A stretch of DNA of 64,000 nucleotides, taken from contig NC_092676.1 of the NCBI RefSeq assembly GCF_964355755.1, positions 7,169,888 to 7,233,887 of the forward strand. Direction: 5' to 3'. Made by a program: the position numbers and the translations under genes. The number at the start of each line of letters is the position of its first letter. Positions within the stretch are counted from its first letter, which is position 1. Source of the DNA: Antedon mediterranea (Eukaryota > Animalia > Echinodermata). The notes under the pieces were generated by a model. That model made no database searches and was not told the DNA's origin. It saw only the letters and a program-made list of their open reading frames with translations. This document shows positions 39,934 through 55,000 of this stretch, piece by piece.

Positions 39934-41046
39934 GTATGTATTTGATTCATTTTGTGTTTGTTGTAATGTAGAATATGAACGTTGTAGTTACAATTATAAT
40001 TCTATTTTTACTTGTAGTTTCTCTTACTTCTTAAGTAATGCCAATTTACACAAACGAGCTGCACAGATAAACAGAAACCCGTGTAGCTTGATAGTCCGTT
40101 CAAACTACGGTTTGACGTAGACAAAATTAGAACATTCTTCTTTAAGACCCATCTGAAGAAGAGGGCTCAAGAACAATATCAATTGCAAGAGCAGCGCAAA
40201 CCACCATTATTGTCCACAAAGCTAAAAATATTATAAAGACAAAAACACCTCAATCGTTCTCTAAGTATGCGAGTCTTGGACATTAACAGCCGAACTACAA
40301 TAAAGAACCGACGACGACCATCCAGCAAAAAACAGCAGATAGGCGCGCACCAAATAATAAATCCTCCTTACTTTTTTGTTTATCAAAAGTCTAGCTGAAA
40401 TCGATAAGTAGGTCTAGAGTCTGTACCTACTTACCAAAGTGAATCTGTAATGATGGACAAACTACTCTAGGTTCTGGCCTATTACCACAGTGACTTCTAT
40501 ACTATATATTATGTATTAAGTAGTAATAACGTCCGAATGAGTCCGAACATTTCTGTAGAATAATTATACATTGATTACCAACGATTACCGCCACTTAATT
40601 ATCTGATGGAGGCCACTTAATTACCCTTTTCCATCTTATAAACATTATTTTATAAGCATAATTACATTATGCAATTTACGAATATCATTGTTTTACATGT
40701 TACGTTTTAAAGTTATTTCGTGTAAATAAATAGCACACATCTCGTCTGACATTAGTTCAAATAAATCAATATTGAACCTCTTTATCGTTTAAGAGGGTCC
40801 CAGTCGTACATATTTGTTTTAAATAAAATTGATGATGTTGAATAACTGTACGGCTTTTTTTCTTAATCGTATAATGATTACTTTGATCTAAACTAATAAA
40901 AAGGAGATGGCAATTGTTCTTTAATTTTATTATTTATATTACAACGCTTACAAGTAAAGATGAACATTCTAAAACTGCTTCAACTGTATACAATGTTCTA
41001 TATAATGTACTACATGTTTTTTAATATATAAGTTTTTGTTTGTTAG

Positions 41047-44000
41047 GAATCATAGAAAAGTATCTCCATGACAGACAACAATCATTGTGCCAGAAAGAAA
41101 ATCAGGAATTTACACCGTCAACAATGAATCCAAAATACACTGTTAGCATGAAAGTCTTCACTGAGTTGGATCTTTTAAAAAGAAATAAAAACGAGAAAGA
41201 CAGCCAGCCAACAACACTGTCATCATTTCTAACCAGTATAGAATCCAAATCTTCGTGTAAAGTCCTGATAGATGGTGAGGCTGGTATTGGTAAAACAACA
41301 TTATTAAAGTATTTAGCAAACAAAAGCACATCTGACGAAGAACCAATTCCGTTTAAAGGTAAAATTGTGTTTTTATTTAATGTAAGGGATTTAGAAGAAG
41401 GCAACAGCATCTTTCATCTGATTGAAAACCAACTGGATATGGAAGATTTCAATCTAAAAACTAAACTGCCAAAGGATTCAAAGTTGATTACGCAATTTGT
41501 AGACAAACATGATGACAAAATTGTGTTATTATTAGATGGTTTAGATGAATTACGAGTTCAAAATGATAAGTTGATAGATCTTTTTAAGGGCAAAACATTA
41601 GAAAAGAGTGTTGTGCTACTTACGTCTAGATCAGAATACGTGGACGTAGATACATTCATAAGAAAGTCTGATGTGCAAGTGACAGTAAAAGGATTTAACA
41701 AAGATAGCATTGGGAGGTATATTGAGAAGCATTCTGAGCATTTTACCAATCGTGATAAGATGAATGACCTTATGCAAAAATTAGTGGCTGACAAAAACGT
41801 TTTAGAATTGTGCAAAAATCCGTTGATACTTCTCTCAATTTGTAATATTTGGGAAGACAAAAAAAATCTTCCATCTAATTATGCCGACCTTTTCAAAGAA
41901 ATATTTTGCTGCATAATAAACCAATTCATTTCCAAGCATGGCCACCCGAATAATGATCTTAAAAATGAAGAAAGCGTTTTTGATCGTTTAAAGCAAAATT
42001 GTTGCTGTGTATTGAGCATACATACAAACCATTCCATTGAAAATAAAGACAACAAAATTATCGAATTTGAACATATTCCTATAGAATTTGTAAATGCTAT
42101 GTCTTCCTTAGGAAAGTGTATGTATAATAGTTTAAAACAAAATAAACTTTCAATCAAAAAGAATGATTTGAAAGTTACTGGAGATATAGAGATGGTTGAC
42201 ATGGCCCTTAAACTGGGATTTGTATACGAAAAGAAATTAAGTTCAAGATCTAAACCTGAGAGTGGAATTTACATGCCTACGCACAAATTAATACTAGAAT
42301 CACTAGTAGGGTTTTATTTATTCACACTTTGTAAAAAAGATGCAAGGCGCATTGAGTGGGATGTAGTAACAGATTGTAAGAATTTAACAATGGCCAATAT
42401 GTTTGCAGTCGGGTTTCTTGGTGCTGATGCAGGTAAATTCCTAAAGCACTGGCTTACAGACCAATTATCAACATATCGTTATTTGATACATACTAACTTG
42501 AAGTATGTTAAAGATGAATATCGTGTTGTTGTGGCAGATACATTACAACAGCACATGGTTAGTTCAGGATTAAATCAACATACAGATGTATCAAAGTCAT
42601 TGGAATATGTTATTGCCCACTTTAATCCGAATTCTAATTCAAATGTTGGTGAGCATTTTATACATCGTATATTGCAACTCAGTAGCATGGATCTTAATGA
42701 GCTTGATTTGAGATCATTTTGTAATACATTATCATTAGAAAGTAAAGGAAAAATTCTTGCACACATTGGATTTTTCTTTACATCCACACTTGACCTACAT
42801 AAATGCAATCTGTCAGGTGATATAATAAAATGCATGATTGATGAGTGGGTTAAAATGGGTGATAAGCTGGAATTAAAACGTATTATAATCAGTCAAAATA
42901 ATCTCAACAACATTGATGCAAAATTACTGCATAAGTTAATGACGTCGGCCCCTCTTTACCTTTCATTTGAGATGATTGATTGTAATTTATTGGGTAAAGT
43001 AATGAATGACATTAGCATTCCAGGAGATATACAAATATGTATGCTTAATATCGCTAAAAACAATCTCAGTGACATGAATGGAAGTTCACTAGGTAATTTT
43101 TTAAGTAAAATTCCTCAACTGCTAACACTTGACATGCATGATTGCAAACTATCAGGTGACATAATGAATAAAATGATAAACGTCTATACTGGAGGTGAGT
43201 TACAAGAGATTTGTATTGAGAAAAATGACTTCAGTGGAATTGATGGTACTCTTCTTGGATGTTTCTTGAATAATGCTAATAATCTAATTAAACTTGACAT
43301 GCATGGTTGTAAACTATCGGGTGACGTAATGAATGAAATGATGAGAGTGTATATAATAGATGAATTGCCCTCGAATAGGTCAGGCTTGCAAGTGCTTGAT
43401 ATTGGGAATAACAATATCAGTGGCATTGATGGTACTTTACTTGGTACTTTCTTAAGTAAGTCTCCTAAACTGAGTATACTTGACATGCATTATTGCAATC
43501 TATCAGGAGAAGTACTGAATAAATTAATGATTAAATTGAATGAGAGAAATGAGCTGCAATTACGAGAGCTTAATATTGGGAATCAAGATATCAGTGACAT
43601 TGACGGTTTTTTATTTGGTAATTTCTGGAGTAATTCTCCTAAGCTGCGTATATATGATCTCCATGATGGCAATACATCAGATGAGACCCAATTTCAAGCA
43701 ATTGATAAAGAGAAAAATTACGTCAGAAAAATTGACGGTACTTCATTGGGTACATTCTTGAGTAAACCTTCCAAGCAAAAAATGGACGAAATAAAGGATC
43801 ATACTGTAATGAATGAAATGGACAGAGTGTATGCAAAAAGAGAGTCCCAATTTCAAAACTACAATTTTATGAAAAACAATTTCAGTGACATCAATGGTAC
43901 TTTACTGGGTTCTTTTGTGCGTAAGTCTTCTCAACTAAGTAAACTTGTCATGCATGATTGTAAACTATCAGGTGACGTACTGAATAAAATGATGGATACT

Positions 44001-47000
44001 TATGCAAGAGATCAGTTAGAATTACAAGATATTTATATTGGGAATAATGATATCAGAGACGTTGATGGTGTTTTACTTGGTACTTACTTGAGTAGGTGTC
44101 CTAACCTCCATATACTCAACATGTGCAATTGCAGCTTATCAGGGAACACAGTTAATGAAATGATTAGAATATATGCAACTTCAGACGAGTTACAACTGCA
44201 ATTGCTTAATCTTGGGAATAATGATATAAGTAACATTGATGGTAATTTACTTGGTACTTTATTGAGCAAGTCTTCAAATTTACTTAAACTTTACATGCAA
44301 AATTGCAAATTATCAGGTGATATCATGAATAAAATAATGAAAGTCTATGCAGGAGATGATATAGATTTACAAGTGCTCTCAATTTATGGTAATGATATTA
44401 GTGACATTGATGGTACATTACTGGGTACTTTCTTAAATAAGTCTCCAAAGCTGCATACACTTGACATGCATGATTGCAAACTATCAGGTGATGTATTGAA
44501 TAAAATAATGAATGCGTATGCAAGAGATCAGTTAGAATTACAAGTGTTGTCTATTGCGAATAATGATATAAGTGACGTCGATGGCTCATTACTGGGTACT
44601 TTCTTAGGTAAGTTTCCTAGGTTGCGTGATCTTCGCATGTATGATTGCAAACTATCAGGTGACGTAATAAATAAAATAATGGATGCGTATGCAAGAGATC
44701 AGTTAGAATTACAAGTGTTGTCCATTGCGAATAATGATGTAAGTGACGTCGATGGCTCATTACTGGGTACTTTCTTAGGTAAGTCTCCTAGGTTGCATGA
44801 TCTTCGCATGTGTGATTGCAAACTATCAGGTAACGTAATGAATGCAATGATGGATGCGTATGCAAGAGATCAGTCTGAATTGCAATCGTTGTCCATTGCG
44901 AAAAATGATATTAGTGACGTCGATGGCTCTTTACTGGGTACTTTCTTAGGTAAGTCTCCTAGGTTGCGTGATCTTCGCATGTATGATTGCAAACTATCGG
45001 GTGACGTAATGAATAAAATAATGGATGCGTATGCAAGAGATCAGTTAGAATTAGAAGTGTTGTCCATTGCGAATAATGATATTAGTGACGTTGATGGTAC
45101 TCTACTTGGTACGTTCTTAAGTAAGTCTTCTAAGCTGCTTGAACTTTACATATATGATTGCAAACTATCAGGTGACGTAATGAATACAATGATGGATGCG
45201 TATGCAAGAGATCAGTCGGATTTGCAATCGTTGGTCATTGCGAAAAATGATATAAGTGACGTCGATGGTTCATTACTGGGTACTTTCTTAGGAAAGTCTC
45301 CTCGGTTGAGTGATCTCCACATGCAGGATTGCAAACTATCAGGTGACGTAATGAATACAATTTTGGATGCTTATGCAAAAGATCAGTTGGAATTACAATT
45401 GTTGTCCATTGCGAATAATGATATAAGTGACGTTGATGGCTCATTACTGGGTACTTTCTTAGGTAAGTCTCCTCGGTTGAGTAATCTTCACATGCATGAT
45501 TGCAAACTATCAGGTGACGTAATGAATACAATTTTGGAGGCGTATGTAAGAGATCAGTCGGAATTAGAAGTGTTGTCCATTGGAAATAATGATATAAGTG
45601 ACGTTGATGGATCATTACTGGGTACATTCTTAGGTAAGTCTTCTAAGTTACTTGAACTTCACATAGATAATTGCAAACTATCAGGTGACGTAATGATTAC
45701 AATTTTGGATGCGTATGCAAAAGATCAGTTGGAATTACAAGTGTTGTCCATTGCGAATAATGATATAAGTGACATTGATGGCTCATTACTGGGTACTTTT
45801 TTAGGTAAGTCTCATCGGTTGAGTAATCTTCACATGCATGATTGCAAACTATCAGGTTACGTAATGAATGCAATGATGGATGCGTATGCAAGAGATCAGT
45901 CTGAATTGCAATCGTTGTCCATTGCGAAAAATGATATTAGTGACGTCGATGGCTCATTACTGGGTACTTTCTTAGGTAAGTCTCCTAAGCTGCTTGAACT
46001 TTACATAGATGATTGCAAACTATCAGGTGACGTAATGAATGCAATGATGGATGCGTATGCAAGAGATCAATTGGAATTAGAAGTGTTGTCCATTGCAAAT
46101 AATGATATAAGTGGCGTTGATGGCTCATTACTGGGTACTTTCTTAGGTAAGTCTCCTAGGTTGCATGATCTTCGCATGCGTGATTGCAAACTATCAGGTG
46201 ACGTAATGAATGCAATGATGGATGCGTATGCAAAAGATCAGTCTGAATTGCAATCGTTGTCCATTGCGAAAAATGATATTAGTGACGTCGATGGCTCTTT
46301 ACTGGGTACTTTCTTAGGTAAGTCTACTAGGTTGCGTAATCTTCGCATGTATGATTGCAAACTATCAGGTAACGTAATGAATGCAATGATGGATGCGTAT
46401 GCAAGAGATCAGTCGCAATTGCAATCGTTGTCCATTGCGAATAATGATATAAGTGACGTCGATGGCTCATTACTGGGTACTTTCTTAGGTAAGTCACCTA
46501 GGTTGAGTCGTCTTCGCATGTATGATTGCAAACTATCAGGTAACGTAATAAATAAATTATTGGATGCGTATGCAAGAGATCAGTCAGAATTACAAGTGTT
46601 GTCCATTGCGAATAATGATATAAGTGACGTTAGTGGCTCATTATTGGGTACTTTCTTAGGTAAGTCTCCTAGGTTGCGTGATCTCCGCATGCATTATTGC
46701 AAACTATCAGGTGACGTAATAAATAAATTAATGGATGCGTATGCAAGAGATCAGTCAGAATTACAAGTGTTGTCCATTGCTAATAATGATATAAGTGACG
46801 TTAATGGCTCATTATTGGGTACTTTCTTAGGTAAGTCTCCTAGGTTGCGTGATCTCCGCATGCATGATTGCAAACTATCAGGTGACGTAATAAATAAATT
46901 AATGGATGCGTATGCAAGAGATCAGTCAGAATTACAAATGTTGTCCATTGCTGATAATGATATAAGTGACGTTGATGGTACTCTACTTGGTACGTTTTTA

Positions 47001-47846
47001 AGTAAGTCTTCTAAGCTGCTTAAGCTTTACATGGTTAATTGCAAACTATCAGGTGACGTAATAAATAAAATGATGGATGCGTATGCAAGAGATCAGTTAG
47101 AATTACAAGTTTTGTGCATTGCGAATAATGATATTAGTTATGTTGATGGGTCATTACTGGGTACATACTTGACTAAGTTTCCAGATCTGCGTGAACTTGT
47201 CATAAATAATTGTAAAATATCAGGTGACGTTATAAATAAAATGATCAAAGTATATACAAATGATGAGTTAAAATTACACGAGCTTCATGTTAACAATAAT
47301 AATGTTAGTGACATCGATGGTACTTTATTTTGTACTTTATTACATAAGTCACCAAAGCTGTGTGTACTTAAATTGAATAATTGTAAACTACCATGTAACG
47401 TTGTAAGTAGAATGTATGCAAGCGGATTACAAGTGCTTGACATTGGAAATAATGATATCAGTGACATTGATGGTACATTACTAGGAAGTACTTTGTATAA
47501 ATCGTCTAAGCTGCGTATACTCAACATGAATAATTGTAAACTACAGGGTGATGTAATGAATGAAATGATCAGAGCGTTTGCAAGAGACGAGTTACAATTA
47601 CATGAGCTTTCAGTTGGGAATAACTACTTCAGTGACATTGACGCTATTCTACTGTGTGTTTTACTGAATAACTCTCCTAAACTGCGTACACTTGATATGA
47701 ATAATTGCCAACTATCAGATGATGTAATTAATGCATTGATCAGAGTTAAACCCAAAGAATTGCAATTGTTTACTAACAATAATGATATCAGTGACGTTGA
47801 GAGAGAAATGATTATTCGTTCGATTGACTTGTTTAATGAGATATAG
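41047..47846 (+). CDS. NLR large exon: NACHT NTPase + long ribonuclease-inhibitor-like LRR array (spliced protein about 2444 aa)
   Basis: Walker A GEAGIGKTT, Walker B LLLDGLDE, sensor-1 LLTSR, CKNPL; LxxLxL/MxxC/N LRRs in 57-aa pairs. The GTTAG acceptor is phase 1, matching the DED exon. Confidence 0.93.
44460..47230 (+). repeat. Coding tandem array of 16 near-identical 171-bp (57-aa, two-LRR) units
   Basis: A GCAAGAGATC-like anchor recurs at 44520, 44691 ... 47085 in exact 171-bp register. Confidence 0.95.
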
Positions 47847-48681
47847 AGAACGTCGTCATTAGATGATTTACAGAGCCTTGGGCAACAGTTTTTGTCAAAT
47901 ATCAATCTGAATACTTTTCACCAGTTTGAGTAAACACAACAGTGAAATTGGAGTGAATTTACTGTTTAGTGATTTTATAATTGAATTGATGAAGAAGATG
48001 GAGAGGTTAGATTGGTCTAATATGTGGGAGGAGCTTAGCCACCAGCTCGGTATACATGATACACACATTAATTACCCATTAAATTAATACTTTTATCACT
48101 TCATCACACTTTCTAAACATTAAGTAAAATGAATAGCCTTAAAAAAAACAGAAATTTGCTATGATTTTAACATGACAAATTTGTTTGACAATGTGCAATC
48201 TTATGTTTTACTTCCTGGCAAACATTACGATACTATTGCCTAGTAATACCGATTTTGATTTTTTTTTAAATGATATGAATGCATGGCGTGAAGTTGTGGA
48301 GTCAGATATAAATATCTTTCGATGTTTTGTTGCTTTCAATGCTGACACAATTTTGCATTAGGCCTAATACGGCGTATAGAAAACCTGAAAACAACTTCTA
48401 ATTGGTTTTGATGTAATTTGTGTTTGCTAATATGAATCAAAAATAAAATGTTAAACGATTATTGCCTTAACTGAAAATAAATCTTGACAAATGCCTCCAG
48501 GGAATATTGAATGGACACGTTCGAGTGAATAACAACAAATATTGCTACGCCCTCAATTTGATTGTATACAGTTGTAGTTTACTATTGTTTTAAATTTTCT
48601 AATTTCTATGTGTAAATACGTTCAATTATATTGTGAATAGTAACATTATATAACTATTATATTAAACTATAATATAAAAGT

Positions 48682-49036
48682 CATATGGCCGAGCGGTTAA
48701 GGCAGGGGCGCCGTTTACCGTATCTAAAGAGCCAACAACAACATTGGCAAGGGTTCGAGGCCGACTCGCTCCTAGTTCTGGTGGTGGAACAAGTCTTCTC
48801 GGATAAGGACTATAAACCGTAGGTCCAGTGTACACAGTTATAACCTGTGTGTACTTTAAAGAACCCAGTTCATTATTCGAAAAAGAGTAGGGGGTTACCC
48901 CGGTGAACTGGTTCACACAATAGCCCCTGTATCAGGAGGATTACCACCTATCTGATAGGACAGTGATTAATTCACTATTGGTAATCCTTGGCCACATTGC
49001 CTAAAGACATAAAATAAAAATAAAATAAAATAAAAG
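48682..49036 (+). mobile_element. tRNA-derived SINE with a Deu/Nin-like central domain and (TAAAA)n tail
   Basis: A box TGGCCGAGCGG, B box GGTTCGAGGCC, core CTCGGATAAGGACTATAAACCGTAGGTCC, A-rich tail. Confidence 0.75.
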
Positions 49037-52000
49037 TGATAATGCAACTGCATACGGCTTTAAGTAATCTTTTTCATGTATTCAATAATAATGAAATGTG
49101 TATAATTATTAGAAAATGTATACATTTGAGTATAGTTCTATTAGTGTTATATGCTGAATAGTAATTATTATATAAAGTATTTCCATGTCATTTTATTTTA
49201 TTACCAATCTATATAATTATTACAGTACTCGTTTTACTACATTTTCGTTAAGTTTTCATTAATTGTCCATGTTTTTTTATTCACACACAGATCTCAGATT
49301 AATAATACCTTACAACTTCCGTGTTAATAAGAATAAGCTATTAGTAAGAATGTAAGTTATCGTATAAAATACAGCAATGTGTAGGAAAATATGTATATAG
49401 TGTAGTTTGTTGAACGAATATCCACATTATAGAAACGTTTGTATGAAATCAAAATACAATAAAATAAATTTAATTCAATACGTAATTGAATGTGAGTTGT
49501 TAAGATTGTTTAAATAGGCCTATGTACTTATTAAAGATATTATCCTTTAAACTTTGTTTTCTAATTTTTCATTGAATATGACATTTTAATATCATAATTA
49601 TTCATAATTATTATTATACCTGAAACTGCAAAATGGCCTATTTAAAGTCAAAGTCTGATTTTATTAATCTTCATTTTTAATGGGTTTTTTTTGGGCACTT
49701 ACATCTTTAATAGATTTATAAGTTATCGCGAAACGAAGTAGCACAACACACTTTTAATACAGTAGAGTAGTAGTTAGAAGTAGTACAGTATAGTAGCTAA
49801 TAATAAGTTTACATTACACTTATGTGGGCCAATGGGCATAGTTTGTTCATGTTTAAGAATGTTTGTTTGTATATACTTTAGTATTAGCTATAAGTGAATA
49901 ATAATAATAATAATGATAATAAAACAAATTTAAATGATGCAAACAATTTTGTTAAATTGTTAATTGTATACAAATCATGTCGTGGTTTGTGATTAAGCAA
50001 TTGAAACAAAACGTATGAAAACACAGATATAAATGATGATGATGACGATGACGATGATGATGACGATGATGAAGCTTTGAGAGGTAAATACAACCTATAA
50101 CGGTGCAGTAACGTAAATATGTCTAATCACGTCGAACTAGCTGCTACAGGCGTAGCGTAATAGTATACACAATACGCTTATTATAATACATGTCAGCTGA
50201 ACGTTTTCTATACTGTGACAATAAGCTCTGAAAGTAAATACAACGTATACTATAACGGTACAGTAACGTTACGACGTCCAATCACGGCGAAACAGATAAT
50301 AGCATCTATTATATAAAAATAGTGTGTGTTTTCCGATCGTGGTATACGCTGTCTAATGAATTTCCACACAATAATACGAGGATGCTTCGCATTTTATTAT
50401 CTCCTCCTACGATAATTGTTTTTAATAGATGAAAACCGGTTGAACAGCTCGAGTAAAGCATCATAATGTTGTAGACAGGCCAATTTTCTTTAAAAAGATA
50501 CTATTTTGATAGATTTAATATACGTTTATATATATATATATATTGATTTCCGATAAATGGAACATTCCAATATAACTATTGGTTTAACACAATACCAGCT
50601 GCCGGTAAATGTATTGGCTCTTGAGGAATTAACCTAAAACCTATATAGATATAAGTATTGCTATATTTGGACAGTACTGTAAATACGTATTAACCAATTT
50701 TGGTCGCCATTTAAATTTTTTTACTGTGAGTGTGGTACATTTCATTTCATTAATTTTGTCTCCATAAAAATACAATATAAGAAAACGTGGACTAAGAAAA
50801 AGAAAACATCACACAAAACCAGGCAGAGACAGGATTCCTAAAAAGCGAACTTAATCACTATCTAATAGGTCTCCTATTGCACTGAAAAACATTTAGAATA
50901 AAATTTGTATAAACATTAAAAATACATATAATACTACTATAGTACTGTTAGATATATAAACACATGTATAAATAAACTTATTACTATGAGTGTGAGTAGG
51001 CCCTACTGTTAGATATATAAACCCACAATATACAAACAAACTTTATTACTGACAGTTGTTTCTCAACGTTTGTATTTTTTAATAATTACAAAAATATAAA
51101 CGTTGTTGTGGTGTATCGTTACATATACTATGCTATTTCAATCGACTATATTTTTAACAAAGTATTAAATCGCCGTCTTACTGTATCAAGTGGTATATTA
51201 TTTATAGGCTTATAAAACATGAAAACAATATTTCGCTACTCCCTGAGTAGTACTATTATAGTCCTGCGGTCGTACGTACATTTAAACAAGAAATATTTCT
51301 TACAAAAAACCCTGCTCGCTTATTGACGTAACAGTTTTAAAGATAAATTGTCCCTCTGAAAAATATTTTTTATTTCATATTTGTTTTTGAATGTGTCATT
51401 TTATTGTCACATAATAGTTATTTTATCTGAAAAAAATGTAATTAAAAGCAAAAAATACTTCAATTGTCTGTCAGACAATGTGGTTTTTGAGTTATAATTA
51501 AACGTTTCTTTTCTCTTTCTATAAAGTGAATAACTTTGATATGAAACAGACTCAATTTAGTTTATTTTATTGCTAAGGTCAAGTCTCTGAAGGGTAACTT
51601 CATCACCCTTAGATACTTCAAGTGTGAAGTATCATATTACAAACAAAAACTTTCATGGACTGTTTTGATAATAATTCAATGATTATCTGACAGCGAAATA
51701 CAGTATTATCATGGGACTCATAAATACCAGAAATGCAGCTGCTACCTATAAATTATAGTGGAGTTTCCATTTTAACAAAAATGTCATAGTGTAGTACTAT
51801 AACTGCTGCTTGATTTCATCTAATTAATGAGTCATCTCGTGTGACGTAGCGGGCTAGAGCAGCAGCGTGAAAAAAAACAACATTTTTTTTACCCTGAAAT
51901 TACTGTGTATTCGAGAACCATCTGTGGGCACGACCTAGATGATACGCGAGCAAAGCGAATCCTTACTTTTATAATAGCAACGATTATAACTATGCATTCC

Positions 52001-55000
52001 ACTAGGCAAATTCCTTTCCACGTTTGTTTTCAAATATCCCTGAGCTCTTATTGTGTTTTTTTTTTTGCATCACAAAGGAACGAGAAATATTAATGCACAT
52101 GCACATAGATTCAAATTCAAATAAATGCACATAAATATACAAATAAATAGTTGTCATGATTACGCTGTACGTTAACCGATAGAATCCAGTAGTAGTAAGT
52201 TATAATATAACAGCAATTTTCTATCAATTTTAACGCAGCTCATCTTCATTACAGGACTTTTGTGCGGAAAAAACCTATTGCGCACCATGGACAGATGAGT
52301 ATTGACGCCTTGTTTGTTGTTGGTGTAAACAAAAAGTAAAAGATAAATGTTTTGCCACATATGGCGTTTCACAGGTTTAATATTTTTTCAGTCAAGAATT
52401 GCAACGCTGACTGGTCGACTAAAAGAATAAAAAAAAATTAAATACAGACTTGTGGCAAGTATACTTATTTGCCAACCAAGAACATATTATGGATAAACTT
52501 GATCGTTTTTTTTAGCAGGGAAGAGTGATATTATGTGCAAGTTCGATATTCCTTGTTTTGTAGTATCTAAAAGTGCGCCCTCTCTATCGTCACTGGATAA
52601 GTGTGTGAAGACAACGCTCCTGTATACTTTTCATCGGGTATTTGTTAAAGTACAGGGAAAAACACAAAAGAATGTTTTTATTTATTAATATTACAGAGTA
52701 AAAGATATAGCATATGTTTTACATATTGTCTTGTTTGCGATTATAGTAGTGAATCATATAAAGACATTATAAATACCACATTTATATATTGTGAGAGAAC
52801 AATATGTTCATAGGCAAGTATTACAAAATCATTACAAAACTGTTTATACAATAAAATATCAAAAATACATACATACAACAAATATACTGTGCGACCTAGC
52901 GGATTATCGCATGACTATAAAAGCAATCAATAACCAATCTTACCGCATTCCCATTCACCAAAAAGTTTGTTGTTGTTGGATTATAGGTCCATGGTTGGAT
53001 GGTCTAATTCATACTGTGAAACCCACCTCCGCTTCATTGTTTTGTTAACGTGTTTACGTACAATGCAGTACAGTAACATTGATTAGTATCGATATTATCG
53101 TAATTATTAAGTCCATTGTGTATTGTGTATGCATTTCTCTCTCGCTTTAGATTATCTTTTCATAATATATTGATTGAAAAGAGATTACATTTAAAATTTA
53201 ACCGAGAGTTTATAATATTATTTATTTTACTTTGTTTTGTGGCCAATTAATTTAGACGATACTTGTATCGTCTTTTGTAAATATGTATATCTGCTGATTT
53301 AAATGCAAACACGTTAATAGAATTAGGTATTTTTAAATTATTTAGATAAAACTTATTAGAATGGAAAAGCCTGTATGTCCGAATACAATATATACTTCAT
53401 TATGTGGAATGTTCCGAAGGCCTTTGTCTAATGAAAAGGTCACTTCATGCTTTATTTCTTCTCTATTATATGTTGACTTTCAGTACAAAAACTGTTCTCT
53501 CAGAGGGCCCGATACAGTGTACACAAGAGATGAGGACCTATCATTTAACAGTGTATAAAATCCAGTATTGTTTCCTTGTGTGTAAACGTGACAACATTTA
53601 CGTCACATCCGAAGGACAAGGCAATGGAAATCCTCCTAAAAAGACATAAGCACTGGCTGTATCTCCACATACAATATGTGCACAGTATCATAGGAATATT
53701 TTATAATACAGCATCTCATTTGTATCACATGTGGTGCCGCTTGCATCATGAATGTTAAGGTTTAAATGGTATGGTGCTGAGATACATGTCAAAAACATAT
53801 GTGATGTTGTATTACCAAAATACTCCTATGGTACTGGAAAAATCTTACAGTACTAAAAACGGGTTCACAGACAGGTCTGGACTCCCTTATCATTACACCA
53901 TACGACAACATCAACTTCCTGTTTGTAATTAATTATAAATCTACATTTGTTGTTTGTAATTAAATCTGCAAAAACAATTTGAATATCTTTTTTACATCTA
54001 TGATATGATAAAGACTCAATAAAATATGATATATTGCCAACACGTATTTAAATGTATAACACTTTATTTTGTTTTATATTCACTTGTCTATTTTGTAAAT
54101 GCAAATATCCATTGTAGTTTGCAATTATAGTTTCAACAATTTCCTAGCTTTAACAGTTTGTTTGAAGGAGAAACAGCTAGTGTAATAACATGCATCATCC
54201 AATCATTAACCTGGTAGAAGACAAACTAATGCTGTCCGGATAGCCTGATATGGCAATTATTAAAAAAAACTTATAACTGTAATAATATACATCAGCTTAC
54301 ACTGGTATATGCCATTGAAATTTGTTTCGAGTATATTTTATCATTCAGGCGTTTAAAAATCTATTGACTAATTTTGTATTGCTTACGTTTGATTGGTAGA
54401 GTCTGGTTATTATCGTGCAACGATTGTATCTACATTGTTCGGTATCAAGGGTTCAGAATCATTTGAGATCGGAGAACCATTGGTGTCAACTACGGATTAT
54501 ATTGTGCATACGCTACGCAACCACCAAAACAGGGAAGAGTGAGACCCATTTCACCACTCTTCCCTGGTAGCAAGCTAACGTTGCAAAGAAACTATACTCT
54601 GTGTTATTCTACATCATCAGAAAAAAGGTTAGCGCCTAAGATTCTGCTAAATTGTTTTTTTTTTTTAAAGTTGTCTGTTAAATTAGTGGCTCCTAACAGC
54701 CTAGAATTTCTTTCTTTTTCTAAATGAAATTAGATAGAATCAATATAGATAATTTTAAATTTAATTAACTGATTTAATTTATAATCTATTATATCATACA
54801 TTTTAAGGTGAAACAACATATTTCAGTAAAATTTCAATAAATAAGATTGATGTAATTTGTAACAGTAAGTTAAGTCACTAAGTAAGAAAAAACCTCGTCC
54901 TAATAAGATACTCAAACTCAGACTCTACTGTAGATGATTTGGAATAATAAAATGTTCAGTTACGCAGTGTATTATTCATTTTCTCAAAAAGGTCGCATGC

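Noticed and set aside
41102-47905. Multiple minus-strand ORFs within the NLR
   Set aside because: Antisense shadows of the long coding exon.
48686-48775. tRNA-like sequence
   Set aside because: It has A and B boxes but no proper cloverleaf, and it continues into a SINE body and A-rich tail.
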